Assembly (NCBI RefSeq): GCF_009914755.1
Contig: NC_060925.1
Source: the human T2T-CHM13v2.0 reference genome, Homo sapiens
Direction: 5' to 3' (one strand)
Length of the DNA: 64,000 nt
Part shown: positions 46,520 to 61,100 of the stretch, in pieces
How positions within the stretch are numbered: the first letter of the stretch is position 1
Layout of the letters: each line of letters starts with the position of its first letter
Made by a program: the position numbers and the translations under genes
Notes under the pieces: model-generated
The model's input: only the letters and a program-made list of their open reading frames with translations
What the model was told of the DNA's origin: nothing
Databases searched by the model: none

Positions 46520-47429
46520 CTGTGTGGTTTTATCTACTTTTGGTCTTTGATGATGGTGATGTACAGGTGGGTTTTCAGTGTGGATGTCCTTTCTGTTTGT
46601 TAGTTTTCCTTCTAACAGACAGGACCCTCAGCTGCAGGTCTGTTGGAATACCCTGCCGTGTGAGGTGTCAGTGTGCCCCTGCTGGGGGGTGCCTCCCAGT
46701 TAGGCTGCTTGGGGGTCAGGGGTCAGGGACCCACTTGAGGAGGCAGTCTGCCCGTTCTCAGATCTCCAGCTGCGTGCTGGGAGAACCACTGCTCTCTTCA
46801 AAGCTGTCAGACAGGGACATTTAAGTCTGCAGAGGTTACTGCTGTCTTTTTGTTTGTCTGTGCCCTGCCCCCCAGAGGTGGAGCCTACAGAGGCAGGCAG
46901 GCCTCCTTGAGCTGTGGTGGGCTCCACCCAGTTCGAGCTTCCTGGCTGCTTTGTTTACCTAAGCAAGCCTGGGCAATGGCGGGCGCCCCTCCCCCAGCCT
47001 CGCTGCCGCCTTGCAGTTTGATCTCAGACTGCTGTGGTAGCAATCAGCGAGATTCCATGGGCGTAGGAACCTCCAAGCCAGGTGTGGGATATAGTCTCGT
47101 GGTGCGCTGTTTTTTAAGCCGGTCTGAAAAGTGCAATATTCAGGTGGGAGTGACCCGATTTTCCAGGTGCCTCCGTCACCCCTTTCTTTGACTCGGAAAG
47201 GGAACTCCCTGACCCCTTGCGCTTCCCAGGTGAGGCAATGCCTCGCCCTGCTTCGGCTCGCACCCGTTGTGCACACCCACTGGCCTGCACCCACTGTCTG
47301 GCACTCCCTAGTGAGATGAACCCGGTACCTCAGATGGAAATGCAGAAATCACCCGTCTTCTGCGTCACTCACGCTGGGAGCTGTAGACCGGAGCTGTTCC
47401 TATTCGGCCATCTTGGCTCCTCCTCTCTC
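46520..47429 (-). promoter_or_regulatory. L1 5'UTR with internal sense promoter and antisense promoter
   Basis: 910 bp, partly CpG-retaining, intact YY1 site (ggccatcttgg 47406-47416). Confidence 0.85.
46976..47191 (+). CDS. L1 ORF0 (antisense 71-aa ORF), intact
   Basis: MAGAPPPASLPPCSLISDCC...VGVTRFSRCLRHPFL*, 216 nt, matches the known primate L1 ORF0; expression unknown. Confidence 0.75.
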   Translation: MAGAPPPASLPPCSLISDCCGSNQRDSMGVGTSKPGVGYSLVVRCFLSRSEKCNIQVGVTRFSRCLRHPFL

Positions 47430-47430
47430 A

Positions 47431-49951
<2,521 letters not shown>

Positions 49952-51130
49952 AAGAATATTTTCCTTCAATCTTAGGTAACAAGGGTATTCTTCTTCATTT
50001 TCTGGTATAAACTTTGTAGTTTTCATTTTAACATTTGGTTCTGAATTCATTCATAATATTCCTTTTGCATTTACTGTTAAAAGGGCTTTAGTTTTATTAT
50101 TTGATGTGTTGCAAGCCAGTTTTCTTCACACCATTCACTAAATTATCTGTCCTTTCCTCGTTGGTTTGCAGGGCTGTCTTTGCTGTTTGTACATGGGTCT
50201 GTTTTCAGAGCTCTATGGTCTGGGAAATTACTTTTATTACTATGTTTAGTATTTCTTATAAATGGTAGGGCATTTCTTATGGCACTTAATTCTTAGGGCA
50301 CTTCTGTCTATAGTCCTTTTTCTGAGATGTTAGAATAAGGTGATTTTAGTTTCTTCAAAGATTCATATTCAAGTTTTATTGGGTTTATATTGAATTTATA
50401 AATAAATGTGGAGTGAATTGGTATCTTTGTAATATTAAGTCCTCAAATCCAAGATTATAAAATGCATCTAAATTTGTTCAGGTCATCTTCTAGAAAACTT
50501 GTATATTCTTTGGCATCTTAACTTCGGATAACTTTTTTGTTATTGAGAGAAATATCTTTTTAAATTTCATTTTTGTATTTGACTACTACTAAAGAAAAAA
50601 TGTGCCCTTTAATTTTGTAAAGTAATCTTTAATCCAGCAAGCACATTGAACTCTTAATAGTTTTAAGTATTAACTCTTAATAGTCTTAATAGCCTGCACT
50701 TCTGTTGCTTTTTCTAGGTAGAAAATTATATCACTCGTGAAATGTTAGTTTTATCTCTTGTCTTCCAGTCCTTGAATTTCTTATTTCTTTTGCTTTCCTA
50801 GTGATATTTACCAGCATGTATAGTACTGTGTGAAGTAGTAGCGGTGTTAGAGGTCATCCTTCTCTTATTCTTAGTCTTTACTGGAATGCACTAAGGTTTT
50901 TTCATTAACCACAATAAAAAAAAAACTCAGTGCATTTCATTAAAGACTAGGAATAGCCTGGTACATATTTCTGCTAAGCTCAGGAATTTCCTGGCTATTC
51001 TTTTTTTTTAATAATGACAAACTGTTGAAGCATCTTATTTGTTTTTGGAATCAACACTACAATAGGCTCATAAAATAAGTTGAGCACCACTACTCCTTTC
51101 CTATTATCAGGAACAACATATATAAGATAG
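49952..51130 (-). mobile_element. Ancient L1ME-like element, continuation
   Basis: Degraded antisense ORF2 (ttgaatttataaataaatgtggagtgaattggtatctttgtaatatt; gtcatccttctcttattct). Confidence 0.7.
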
Positions 51131-51574
51131 AAGTTAAATGGAGAATCAGGGTTCCTTTCCAGTATGGGGAGTCTAGGCTCTCCGGAGAGAAAAGTACTCT
51201 ACTTCATTTCCAGCCAGAAAAAAAAAAAGTGTGTCTTGTTCAAATCCAGCATTGGTTCTTGTCTGGTGTCTTCTACCTCAATAGTAGGGTGCCTGGTTTT
51301 TTTTCAACCATTGTTTCACATAAACCAGGAAGACTCATGCTAAAAGAAGCATCTGCTATTATAATTGTTCAAACCCAGTTTGAGTTTTTAAAGAGTTGAA
51401 ACAGTAGGAAGGGATTCTAAAGCTATCTCTTGCTGAGGTCATTGTTTTTGCTTCTTTGTTGCCTATGAGCTTAATTACACTGAGGGCAAAGGGAAGAAGT
51501 AGAAGTGGGGCATGCAAAGAAAAGGAGTATGGTAAGTTATACCTAGTAAAATGCCTTTAGGGAAGTGAATGACA

Positions 51575-52230
51575 TGGTCATAATGGTTCCCTTGGCTTGA
51601 CTGAACTTCAGACAGGCTTACTCCTAACTCTAGGCCCTGATCTCCATTTTCTTGGACGATTTGCTTTAGAACTTGTAATTGTAAGTTCTTTCTCTGGCTG
51701 TAAGTTTTATAATAAACATTTATAGTTTACTTAGCTTGCCTCCCAAACCAACTTGAGATGGCATAGGGGAGGAGCTGGAGTTTGCCATTTTAATGGAGCA
51801 TAGGGGTTTTTAGTGGAGCTTAGGTTTTAAAAATGGCAGGAGGCTTTTTAAAAGAGTTATATCTCAAACTTTGAAATGTAATCATCAAGGAAGATATTAG
51901 CACATTTCCCCTTCTGTGTCAGAAGGTAGGAGCCTAACTTCAGTGAATGCCTTGCTCCAAGTTGCAAAACTACTTCCTCGTCATAAAGATATGAGAACTG
52001 TATTTTTCTTTCAGATAAAGTCAATTAGCAAACACAATTGGTCTATGACTTCCCTCAACATCTTCCAATACTTTTCCTCTAGCTCACCACAGAACTTAAA
52101 AACCCTCTCACCCTTTGTTTCAACAGAGTGGAGCTCAGACTGAGTTCTGGTCTCTCTATCCTATTACAATAGCCTTGATAAAGTCTTTGCTTGACTGCTT
52201 AACTTTGTCCAGTGCAATTTTTGCTTTGAT
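51575..52230 (+). mobile_element. MER67-like ERV1 solo LTR with internal rearrangement
   Basis: cttgactgaacttcagacaggct..ctttgaaatgtaatcatcaaggaagata..aactttgtccagtgcaatttttgctttga. Confidence 0.7.
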
Positions 52231-52789
52231 GGAAGCAAAAATAATTGAATAAATATGTTTGGATGAAAGTATTTGGGTTAAATGTTGTAAATTCCCCAGT
52301 GCCTCATTAAGAGCAGGAGGATATAGTTAATAGGGTCCCATGAAGGGCAAGGAACACTTGAATGATGTTAATGATTGAGATCCTAGTCTTAAGTCAGATT
52401 TTCCCTTTGCTTAACAGTCTAAACAACTAAACATGTTTATCCATTACATAGAATCCCTAAGCTCCACTAAAATGGCAAACTCCAACTCCTTCCCTATGCT
52501 ATCCCAGTTTGGTCTGGAAGGCAAGCTGAGTAAAACTTTAGGATAGTAAATATGGCTATAGGTAATCAAATTAGCAGCCTTCAGCTTCTTTCTTATGGCA
52601 TGTATTGGTTCTGAAAAGATGTTTCTGATGTGTCTCTCCTTTGCCACCACTTCACTGACCAAAAAAAAAAAAAAAAAAAAAAAACCTGTAAAAAAGATTG
52701 TATATGGAAAAGCATGTGCATTAAAAAGAAAAATGGAGGCATGTCCAGTCTTCCCTCTGCCTGGATTATTCTCAACCATCCCCCAGCTG

Positions 52790-53090
52790 CCCCACAACAC
52801 AGTCACAAGTGGAATCTCTACCCATTTTTCCAAAGTTAATTCAAATTTTTTCCCTTATATTACATTATATAAAGCTTTTCTAGAAATTCTACACCAGACA
52901 AAGCTACTCTGTATCTCTACCTCCATCACAGCATTTACATTCTATATTGAAATTATTTCTTGGTATGTTTGCCTTCATGAAGCTAATTAAGACTTCATGA
53001 GTCTTAATTAGCTCTGTAGACTGATCATCTACCATAGTGTTTGGCATTCAACAGATGCTCAATTAACATTTTTGAGTGATAGATTGATTT
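52790..53090 (+). mobile_element. L2 3' fragment
   Basis: ctaccatagtgtttggcattcaacagatgctcaattaacatttttga. Confidence 0.55.
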
Positions 53091-54699
53091 CACACCTTTA
53101 CTTTCAACCTTAAGAGCAATAAGGCTCGAGGCGTGTTCTCAGGATTTCATAGTTGAACTTATATTACAAAAAGTTCCCTCCTATTGTCATTGCTTTGTCC
53201 AAGAGAAGGTACAGAATACAATTTAAAATTCTATCTGGAACTCTACCACTATACATTAGTATCCTCTATAGCACCATAGAAAACTGTTCCTGCTTAGCAG
53301 TTATTGGGAGGCTGAGAGTAATGAGTTCTGAGTGGCCCTCCAGTCACTAAAAAACAAAAATTGATATTAACAACCTTTGTTCATGAAAGTAGCATGTTTT
53401 GAGTTGTTTCACCATTAGTGAGATTGGTTTGACTTAATGGAGGGAATTTATAGAGCAATTGGCTGGAATAAGGCAGAAGTCAAAAGGCAAAGACATTTCA
53501 CTTATTGGGTGATGTTCTCTTCCTCCATTGTTTCCCATAGATAAAACCAAGAACTAGATGGTTCAGGTGTATTTTAGCATGGCACTAATGAGGTCAAAAT
53601 CAAAACTTGGGGCCCTTTAAAAGTTTTTGTTTGTTTCCTGACTGCTGCCAACCATTGTTCTATTAGAGATTGTCATTTCCATCAACTATTTGCTAAGTTA
53701 GCACCTACATAAGCCAGGTGCTTAATAACACAAATAGCTATATACCATGACCCTGCCCCTGTCAAAGCTGAGAAGTCTATGAGAAAGACTGAGGAATGCA
53801 TAGAACATGCTACTCTCTGCTTTCAGAGATGGTCCTCCAGATTTCTTTTGACAATACCCAGGATCCAATTTTCCAGTATTTCCAGATTCCACTTTGTGAT
53901 ATTGAGGTTGCAGAAAGAATCCCACAGATCGTTAGGATTCCAGTAATTCTGAGGATAAAGCTCAACATTTAGATTCTTGAAGGCTAAGGAATGTCTTCCC
54001 ATAGTCACACAATGAGTCAAAAACATACTTGGAATTTGAAATCTCCTCCCTTGACTCTTCTTTCTACCAGTTCACGCTGCTGCTAACTGTGATCTTATAT
54101 CATCAAAACTCTGCAGCTCTTCTAACAGGTGCATCCACACTAACAAATTTGGCCATAGTTTTTTTGTTGTTTTCTTTTCCTGTTTCCATCCCATTCTTTT
54201 TTCTCTTTTAATTTTAGGTAAAGCAGATTTGTATGTTGTCAGCCAAATTATGATAAATCCTCATAAAAAAGTCTATCTGATTCACAAGTTCAGCAAAAAA
54301 AAATCTAATAAATGTACTCACAACCTTACTATGGCAATATTCTCTAATATTCATGACTTACTGATATACATATTGTACTTAACACATTACAGAATACTTT
54401 CACAGATCTCACTTGAAAACCTCACATAGCCCTTTGTGGGGAAGGCCAAAGCAGCATTAATGCTCTGCATTTTTCAAGAGATTAAATGTATGTGAAGAGT
54501 TTCGTGACTGAAGATCTAAGATCACACAAGTTATATTTGGCAAATCCAAGTCCATCCAATTAATGCACTTCCCAGAACAACCTTCTTTAAATGGAATTTG
54601 AATTTATTAGGCAAAACTAAATTTGCTTATATATCACACAAAACCCCCCTCACTGTCCAGATAATAAAGTCCAAAATCCTTAACATAGTTTTAACATTC

Positions 54700-55250
54700 A
54701 TGTAACTTTTATGGTCAGAGTAATGAAAATTTGATTCAGACTGACTCAAGTAGAAACAAATCATGTGACTTGAATGTCCATGGATTAACCAAAAACTTCA
54801 GGCACAGGGATCAAGTAGTGTCACCAAGCCTTCACCTTTCCCTTTCTCTTGCTCTCTCTCACTCCATTCTTGAATTCTGCTTTCCTCTGTGTGTTTGCCT
54901 TATTTGGCCAAAAACTTTAGGCCAGGGAAGGTAACTACTTATAACAATTTATATAATTCGAGATTCCAAAGGAAGAAAGATCTGGTATCCCAAGGCTCCA
55001 ACAGGCCTAGTTTGGGTTACATGCCTTAAACTAATCAGTATGACAAGGAGGCTATAACCCTAGGTGAGGCACCTATAACCCTAGGTGAGGCACCTTTAGT
55101 CATTACCTTCCCTATGAGATTGAACAAAGAAAAGGCTAACCAAGGTTACAAGGAGTTGGAATATGTGGTTTCCCAAAGAAAACCAGGGTTATATTATCCC
55201 TTGAAGGGGGAAGAGATACTGGTGAGACTAAAAAAAAAAAAAGTACACTA
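54700..55250. mobile_element. MLT1J/K-like LTR between L2 fragments
   Basis: aaacttcaggcacagggatcaag..tctgctttcctctgtgtgtttgcc..tggtttcccaaagaaaa. Confidence 0.5.
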
Positions 55251-55299
55251 CCCATGGCATATACATCTTACCCTGATTGTCTTGACTACTCTTAGTCTC

Positions 55300-55670
55300 T
55301 CCCATCAATACTCCTTCTCGCCATTCACCAGACTACGTATAATATTTGGAATGTGCTTATCGTTTTCGGGCTTTTGCGCCTTTGCAAGCACTATTCTCTC
55401 TGTCTGAAATGTCTTGTTGACTAAGTTTTATTTCCTTTAAAAATCCAACTAAATATCTTTTTTGAGAGCCCTTTGCTGACCTGCATTTCATCTCCATCTT
55501 ATTTTCTCCTTTGTGCCACTATATAATATTTAGTATTTACCTACTCTGTTTAGGCCAATAACCTGGGGTAGTACTATTGGATCCCTAAATTGTAGGACAG
55601 GTGCAAAGTAAGTATTCAACAAATTATTGCATTAATAAATAAATGTTGAGTGAATAAATAAATGAATTGG
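55300..55670 (+). mobile_element. L2 3' fragment
   Basis: gcctttgcaagcactattctctctgtctgaaatgtc..aaatgttgagtgaataaataaatgaat. Confidence 0.6.
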
Positions 55671-55849
55671 TGAGTTTTTCCAAGAATAATACATAAAGCT
55701 TATGATTTTTCCTGGATGTCAGGATCATCGCTCAACTTATCCCTTCATTCCTTCAACCTTCTCCTCAACACATCCACACAAAGGTACATATGTGCAACAG
55801 TTCTATTGTTATTAATAACAATAAATAAAACCATAAGCAGTTAAAGTAG

Positions 55850-58170
55850 TGATATGGTTTGGCTGTGTTCCCACCCAAATCTCATCTTGAATTGTAGCTC
55901 CCATAATTCCCACATGCTGTGGGAGGGACCTATTGGTGATAACTGAATCATTGGGATGGTTTCCCTCATACTGTTCTCATGGTAGTGAATAAGTCTCATG
56001 AGATCTGATGGTTTTATAAGGAGAAACCACTTCACTTGACCCTCATTCTCTCTCTTTTCTGTTGCCATGTAAGACATGCCTTTCACCTTCCACCATGATT
56101 TTGAGGCCTCCCCAGCCATGTGGAACTGTGAATCCATTAAACCTTTTTTTCTTTATAAATTACCCGGTCTCAGGTATTTCTTCATCAGCAGCATGAGAAC
56201 AGACTAATATAGTAAATTGGTACCAGCAGAATGGGGCATTACTGAAAGGATACTTGAACATGTGGAAGCAACTTTGGAATTGGATAACAGGCAGAGGTTG
56301 GAATAGTTTGGAAGACTCAGAAGAAGACAGAACAATGTGGGAAAGTTTGGAACTTCCTAGAGACTCGTTGAATGGCTTTGACCAAAATGCTGATAATGAT
56401 ATAGACAATGAAATCCAGGCTGAGGTGGTCTCAGATGGAGATGAGCAACTCATTGGGAACTGGAGTAAAGGTGACTCTTGCTATGTTTTAGCAAAAAGAC
56501 TGGCAGCATTTTGGCCCTGCCCTAGAGATTTGTGGAACTTTGAACTTGAGGGAGCTGACTTAGGATATCTGGTGGGAGAAATTTCTAAGCAGCAAAGCAT
56601 TCAAGTGGTGACATGGGTGCTGTTAAAGCATTCAGTTTTAAATGGGAAACAGAGCATAAAAGTTTGAAAAATTTGCAGCCTGACTTTGCAATAGAAAAGA
56701 AAAACCCATTTTGTGAGAAGAAATTCAAGCTGGCTACAGATATTTGCATAAGTAACAAGGAGCCAAATGTTAATTGCCAAGACAATGGGGAAAATGTCTC
56801 CAGGACATGTCAGAGACCTTTGCAGCAGACCCTCCCATCATAGGCCCAGAGACCTAGAAGGAAAAGATGGTTTCCTGGGCCAGGACCAGCGCCCCCCTGG
56901 CCCCATACCTGCTGTGTGCAGCCTAGGAACTTGATGCCCTGCATCCCAGCTGCTCTAGCCATGGCTAAAATGGACAAAGGTACAGCTTGGGCTTCAGAGG
57001 GTGCAAGCCACAAGCCTTGGCAGCTTGCACGTGGTGTTGAGCCTGCCAGTGCACAGAAGTCAAGAATTGAGGTTTGGGAATTTCTGCCTAGATTTCAAAG
57101 GATGTATGGAAACACCTGGATGTCCAGGCAGAAGTTTGCTGCAGGGGTAGGGCCCTCATGGAGAACCTCTGCTAGAGCAGTGTGGAAGGGAAATGTGGGG
57201 TTGAAGCCCCCACACAGAGTCTCCACTGAGGCACTGCCTAGTGGAGCTGTGAGAAGACAGCCACTGTCCTCCAGATCCCAGAATGATAGATTCACTGGCA
57301 GATTGCACCATGCACCTGGAAAAGCCATAGACACAATGCCAGCCTGTGAAAACAGCCAGGAGCAGGGTCTGTACCCTACAAAGCCACAGGGGCAGAGCTG
57401 CCCAAGACCAAAGGAACCCACCTCTTGTATCAGCATGACCTGGATGTGAGAGATGGAGTCAAAGGAGTTCATGTTGGAGCTTTAAGATTTGACTGCCCTG
57501 CTGGATTTTGGACTTGCATGGGACCTGTAGCCCCTTTGTTTTGGCCAATTTCTCCCATTTGGAATGGCTGTACTTACCCAATGCCTGTACCCCTATTGTA
57601 TCTAGGAAGTATCTAACTTGCTTTTGATTTTACAGGCTCATAGGTGGAAGGGACTTGCCTTGTCTCAGATGAGACTTTGGACCGTGGACTTTTGAGTTAA
57701 TGCTGAAATGAGTTAAGACTTTGGGGGACTGTTGAGAAGGCATGAATGGTTTTCGAAATGTGGGGGCATGAGATTTTGGAGGGGCCAGGGGCAGAATGAT
57801 ATGGTTTGGCTGTGTCCCCACCCAAATCTCATCTTGAATTATAGCTCCCATAATTTCCATGTGTTGTGGGAGGGAAAAAGTGGGTGATAATTGAATCATG
57901 GGGGTGGTTTCCATCATATTATTCTTGTGCTAGTGAATAAATCTCACAAGATCTGATGGTTTTATAAGAGGAAACCCCTTTTGCCTGACTGTTATTCTCT
58001 CTCTTGTCTGCTGCCATGTAAGATGTGCCTTTTGCCTTCCACCATGATTGTGAGGTCTCCTCTCACAATCTCCAGCTACGTGGAACTGTGAGTCCATTAA
58101 ATCTTTTTCCTGTGTAAATTACTCAGTCTTAGTCATGTCTTTATCAGCAGTGTGAGAAAGGACTAATAAA
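55850..58170 (+). mobile_element. Complete THE1B-type MaLR provirus: 5'LTR 55850-56211, internal 56212-57796, 3'LTR 57797-58170
   Basis: Two direct LTRs, internal MaLR ORF remnants (GRGWNSLEDSEEDR..), perfect 5-bp TSD agtag at 55845-55849 and 58171-58175. Confidence 0.96.
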
Positions 58171-61100
58171 AGTAGGGATGACATTCTACAAATCCTCTTT
58201 CATTTTCCAAGCATCCACATTATTAACAACAAGAGAATTTTTTCCATGTAGCCACAATCTCAACTTTGATACATTTCCCAAAATAAGTTAGAGTAGCCCT
58301 CATTCTCCTCATGTGAACTCTTACTTGGGTGGGTTTCTGCATATTTTTGATTCTTGAGGTAAGAGAGACTCTCATCACAAGAAATGATACTATGATGCTT
58401 TAACAATGCTAAACCCCTCATTTCCAGTCTTGGGTGGGTCCAGGAATTCCAGTAAGTTCAAAAGCGTGTTGTGAACTGTAAAGTGTAGAAAACATGCTCC
58501 ATTCTTATGCAAGGTTCGCCAATATCCCTGTGAATGAAGCATACTTACCCCATGCAAATTATTATATATACCAAAGCTGACAAAGACAAAAATGTGATGT
58601 ACCAGCCAAGGGGTGAACAGGGAGGTGCTGACAGCTTGTTTTGATATTCAGACTTCTCTCACTGAGAACCCTGAAGATCGTCCATGTTCATCCCTCTGTG
58701 TCTATGAGGAGGGCTTCTTTTCTTTAGCAATCTAATAAAATAGGAACTTCAACAGGATACCCATAAGCAAGCTGTGGCATGTACTTACAGCTAGCAGGTG
58801 GCTCTCTGACAGCTCCTCCTGTCATTACCCTCATGCTGGTTATCCTTGCATCTTCCCTGAGTCCTGAGTCTCCACTGCTCCACCCATTCTAATTGTCTAA
58901 TGGTATAGATCACCACAGAGCCAATCAAGCAAGCATCTATAAGGCCCATTTATGGGCCCAGCACTACGTACCTTCTTCTCTGGATACGAAACAATTCTGT
59001 GACCTAGTCCCTTTTTGTGTACAGTTTAGAAAACAAAGTGAATACATCCAAAGCAATTAAAGAAGTGTAAGGTATCTCTATGATAATGCAAACTTTATGA
59101 TGGGAGTCCTGAGGAAGAGTTCAAGGTAGAGTTTACTTATGTGATGGAAAGGACTTATGGAAAATAAATTCAGCTGAGCCTTGGAGGACTGGCAGATTTA
59201 GAGAGGAAGGAATAGAAGGGTATTCCAAACAGTAGGAACTTAAAACACAAAGACCAAAGTGTGCAGAGCAGGTATGTGGGGCTGAGGAAGGGCTGTTTCA
59301 TCTTAAGATGAGAGCAGAAAATTTAGGAAATTAAATTGCCCTCCTGCCTCAATTCTAGCCATCACAATCCTTCATTGTATGTTGGAGTTCATCTGTGAAT
59401 CCCAAAGACCTCCTGGGAAAGAGGCAACTGAGAGTATTCTTCAGGGAGCTGTGTGAAGCCAGAGGGAAACCAGAGTGAGCCAAATGCTGTGTTTTTCCTT
59501 CTCATTGTTAGTGAAAGCTGGCACAGAAAGCTCTTGTCTTTCCATACTTCCATCTCTCACTCCCACCCCACGGCATCACCATTCATCATCAAGGAGAGCC
59601 ATTCACAACAAGAAGGGCATAGGCAGACTGAGGGTGTGGCTAACTGGGAACAAAGGCTTAGGCTCTTAAACAGTCTTCCGCATTAAATGTGTGGTCTCTG
59701 TCTTACTGGCCTCAGGCCCCAATGGGAGCCTGCTTATTAGAGAAGCTTTTGCCAATTGCTTCTCTGCTTTAAGATAGTAAAACCAGCATTCAGCCTTTTT
59801 GGCTGTAATTTTAGTGTTCTTTCAACACTTCCTCCATGAAAGAGGCAGAGGAGATAATTCCCTTTCTCAATATTCCCTCTTCTTAGGAAAAAAACACACA
59901 GGGCTTTTTCTCCTCAACTACTAGAATGCTAATGTTTTCATGTAATAGTTTCATAATTTGAGGTGTTAGATTTAAGTATTTATCCATTTTTGTTTTATTT
60001 TTGTATAAGGTGAGAGATACGGATCAATTTTCATTCTTCTGCATATGAATACTCAATTTTCCCTGCACCATTTACTGAAGAGTCTGTCTTTTCTCCAATG
60101 TATGTTCTCCGCATTTTTGTTGAAAATAAGTTCACTATAGGTGTGTGGATTTGTTTCGGGCTTCTTTATACTGTTTCATTGGTCTATACATCTGGTTTTA
60201 TGCCACTACCATGCAGTTTTGGTAACTATAGCTCTGTAGTATAATTTGAAGTCAGGTAATGTGATTCCTCCAGTTGTATTATTTTTGCTCAGGGTAGCTT
60301 TCACTATTATGGATCTTTTTTGATTCCATATAAATTTTAGGATTTTTTTCCATTTTATGAATAATGTCATTGGTATTTTGATAGGGATTGCAATGAATCT
60401 TTAGATTGTTTTGGGTAGTATGGACATTTTAACAATATTGATTATTTTCAATCCATGAATATGGAATACTTTTTCATGTTTTGGTGTCCCCTTCATTTCC
60501 TTTCATCAATGTTTTATAGTTTTCATTTTAGAGACGTTTTACTTCTTTGGCTAATTCCTAGGTATTTAATTTTATTTGTGACTACTGTAAATGAGATCAC
60601 TTTTTAAATTTCTCTTTCAGAGTGTTCACTGTTGGCATATAGAAATACTACTGATTTTGGTATTTCACTTTTATATCCTGTAAATTTACTGAATTTATTA
60701 GTTCTAATAGTTTTTTGGCTGAGTCGAGGCTTTTCCAAATACAAGATCATATCATCTGTAAACAAAGGTAATTTGACTTATTCCTTTTCAATGTGGATGC
60801 CTTTTATTTCTTTCTCTTGTTTCATTGCTCTAGCTAAGACTTCCAGAACTATGTTGAATAACAATGGTGAAAGTTGTCAACCTTTCATGTTCCAGATCTA
60901 GAGGAAAGGCTTTCAGTTTTTCCCCATTTAGCATAATACTATCTATGGGTCTATAATATATAGCATTTATTATGTTTAGGTATGTTCCTTCTATCTCATT
61001 TTTTGAGGATTTTTATCATGAAGGGATGTTGAATTTTATCAAATGCTTTTTTCAGCATTAATTGAAATGATCATATGGTTTCTGTCCTTCATTCTGTTGA

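Noticed and set aside
56254-57616. 137- and 177-aa ORFs as host genes
   Set aside because: Remnants of the THE1 internal MaLR ORF between two LTRs
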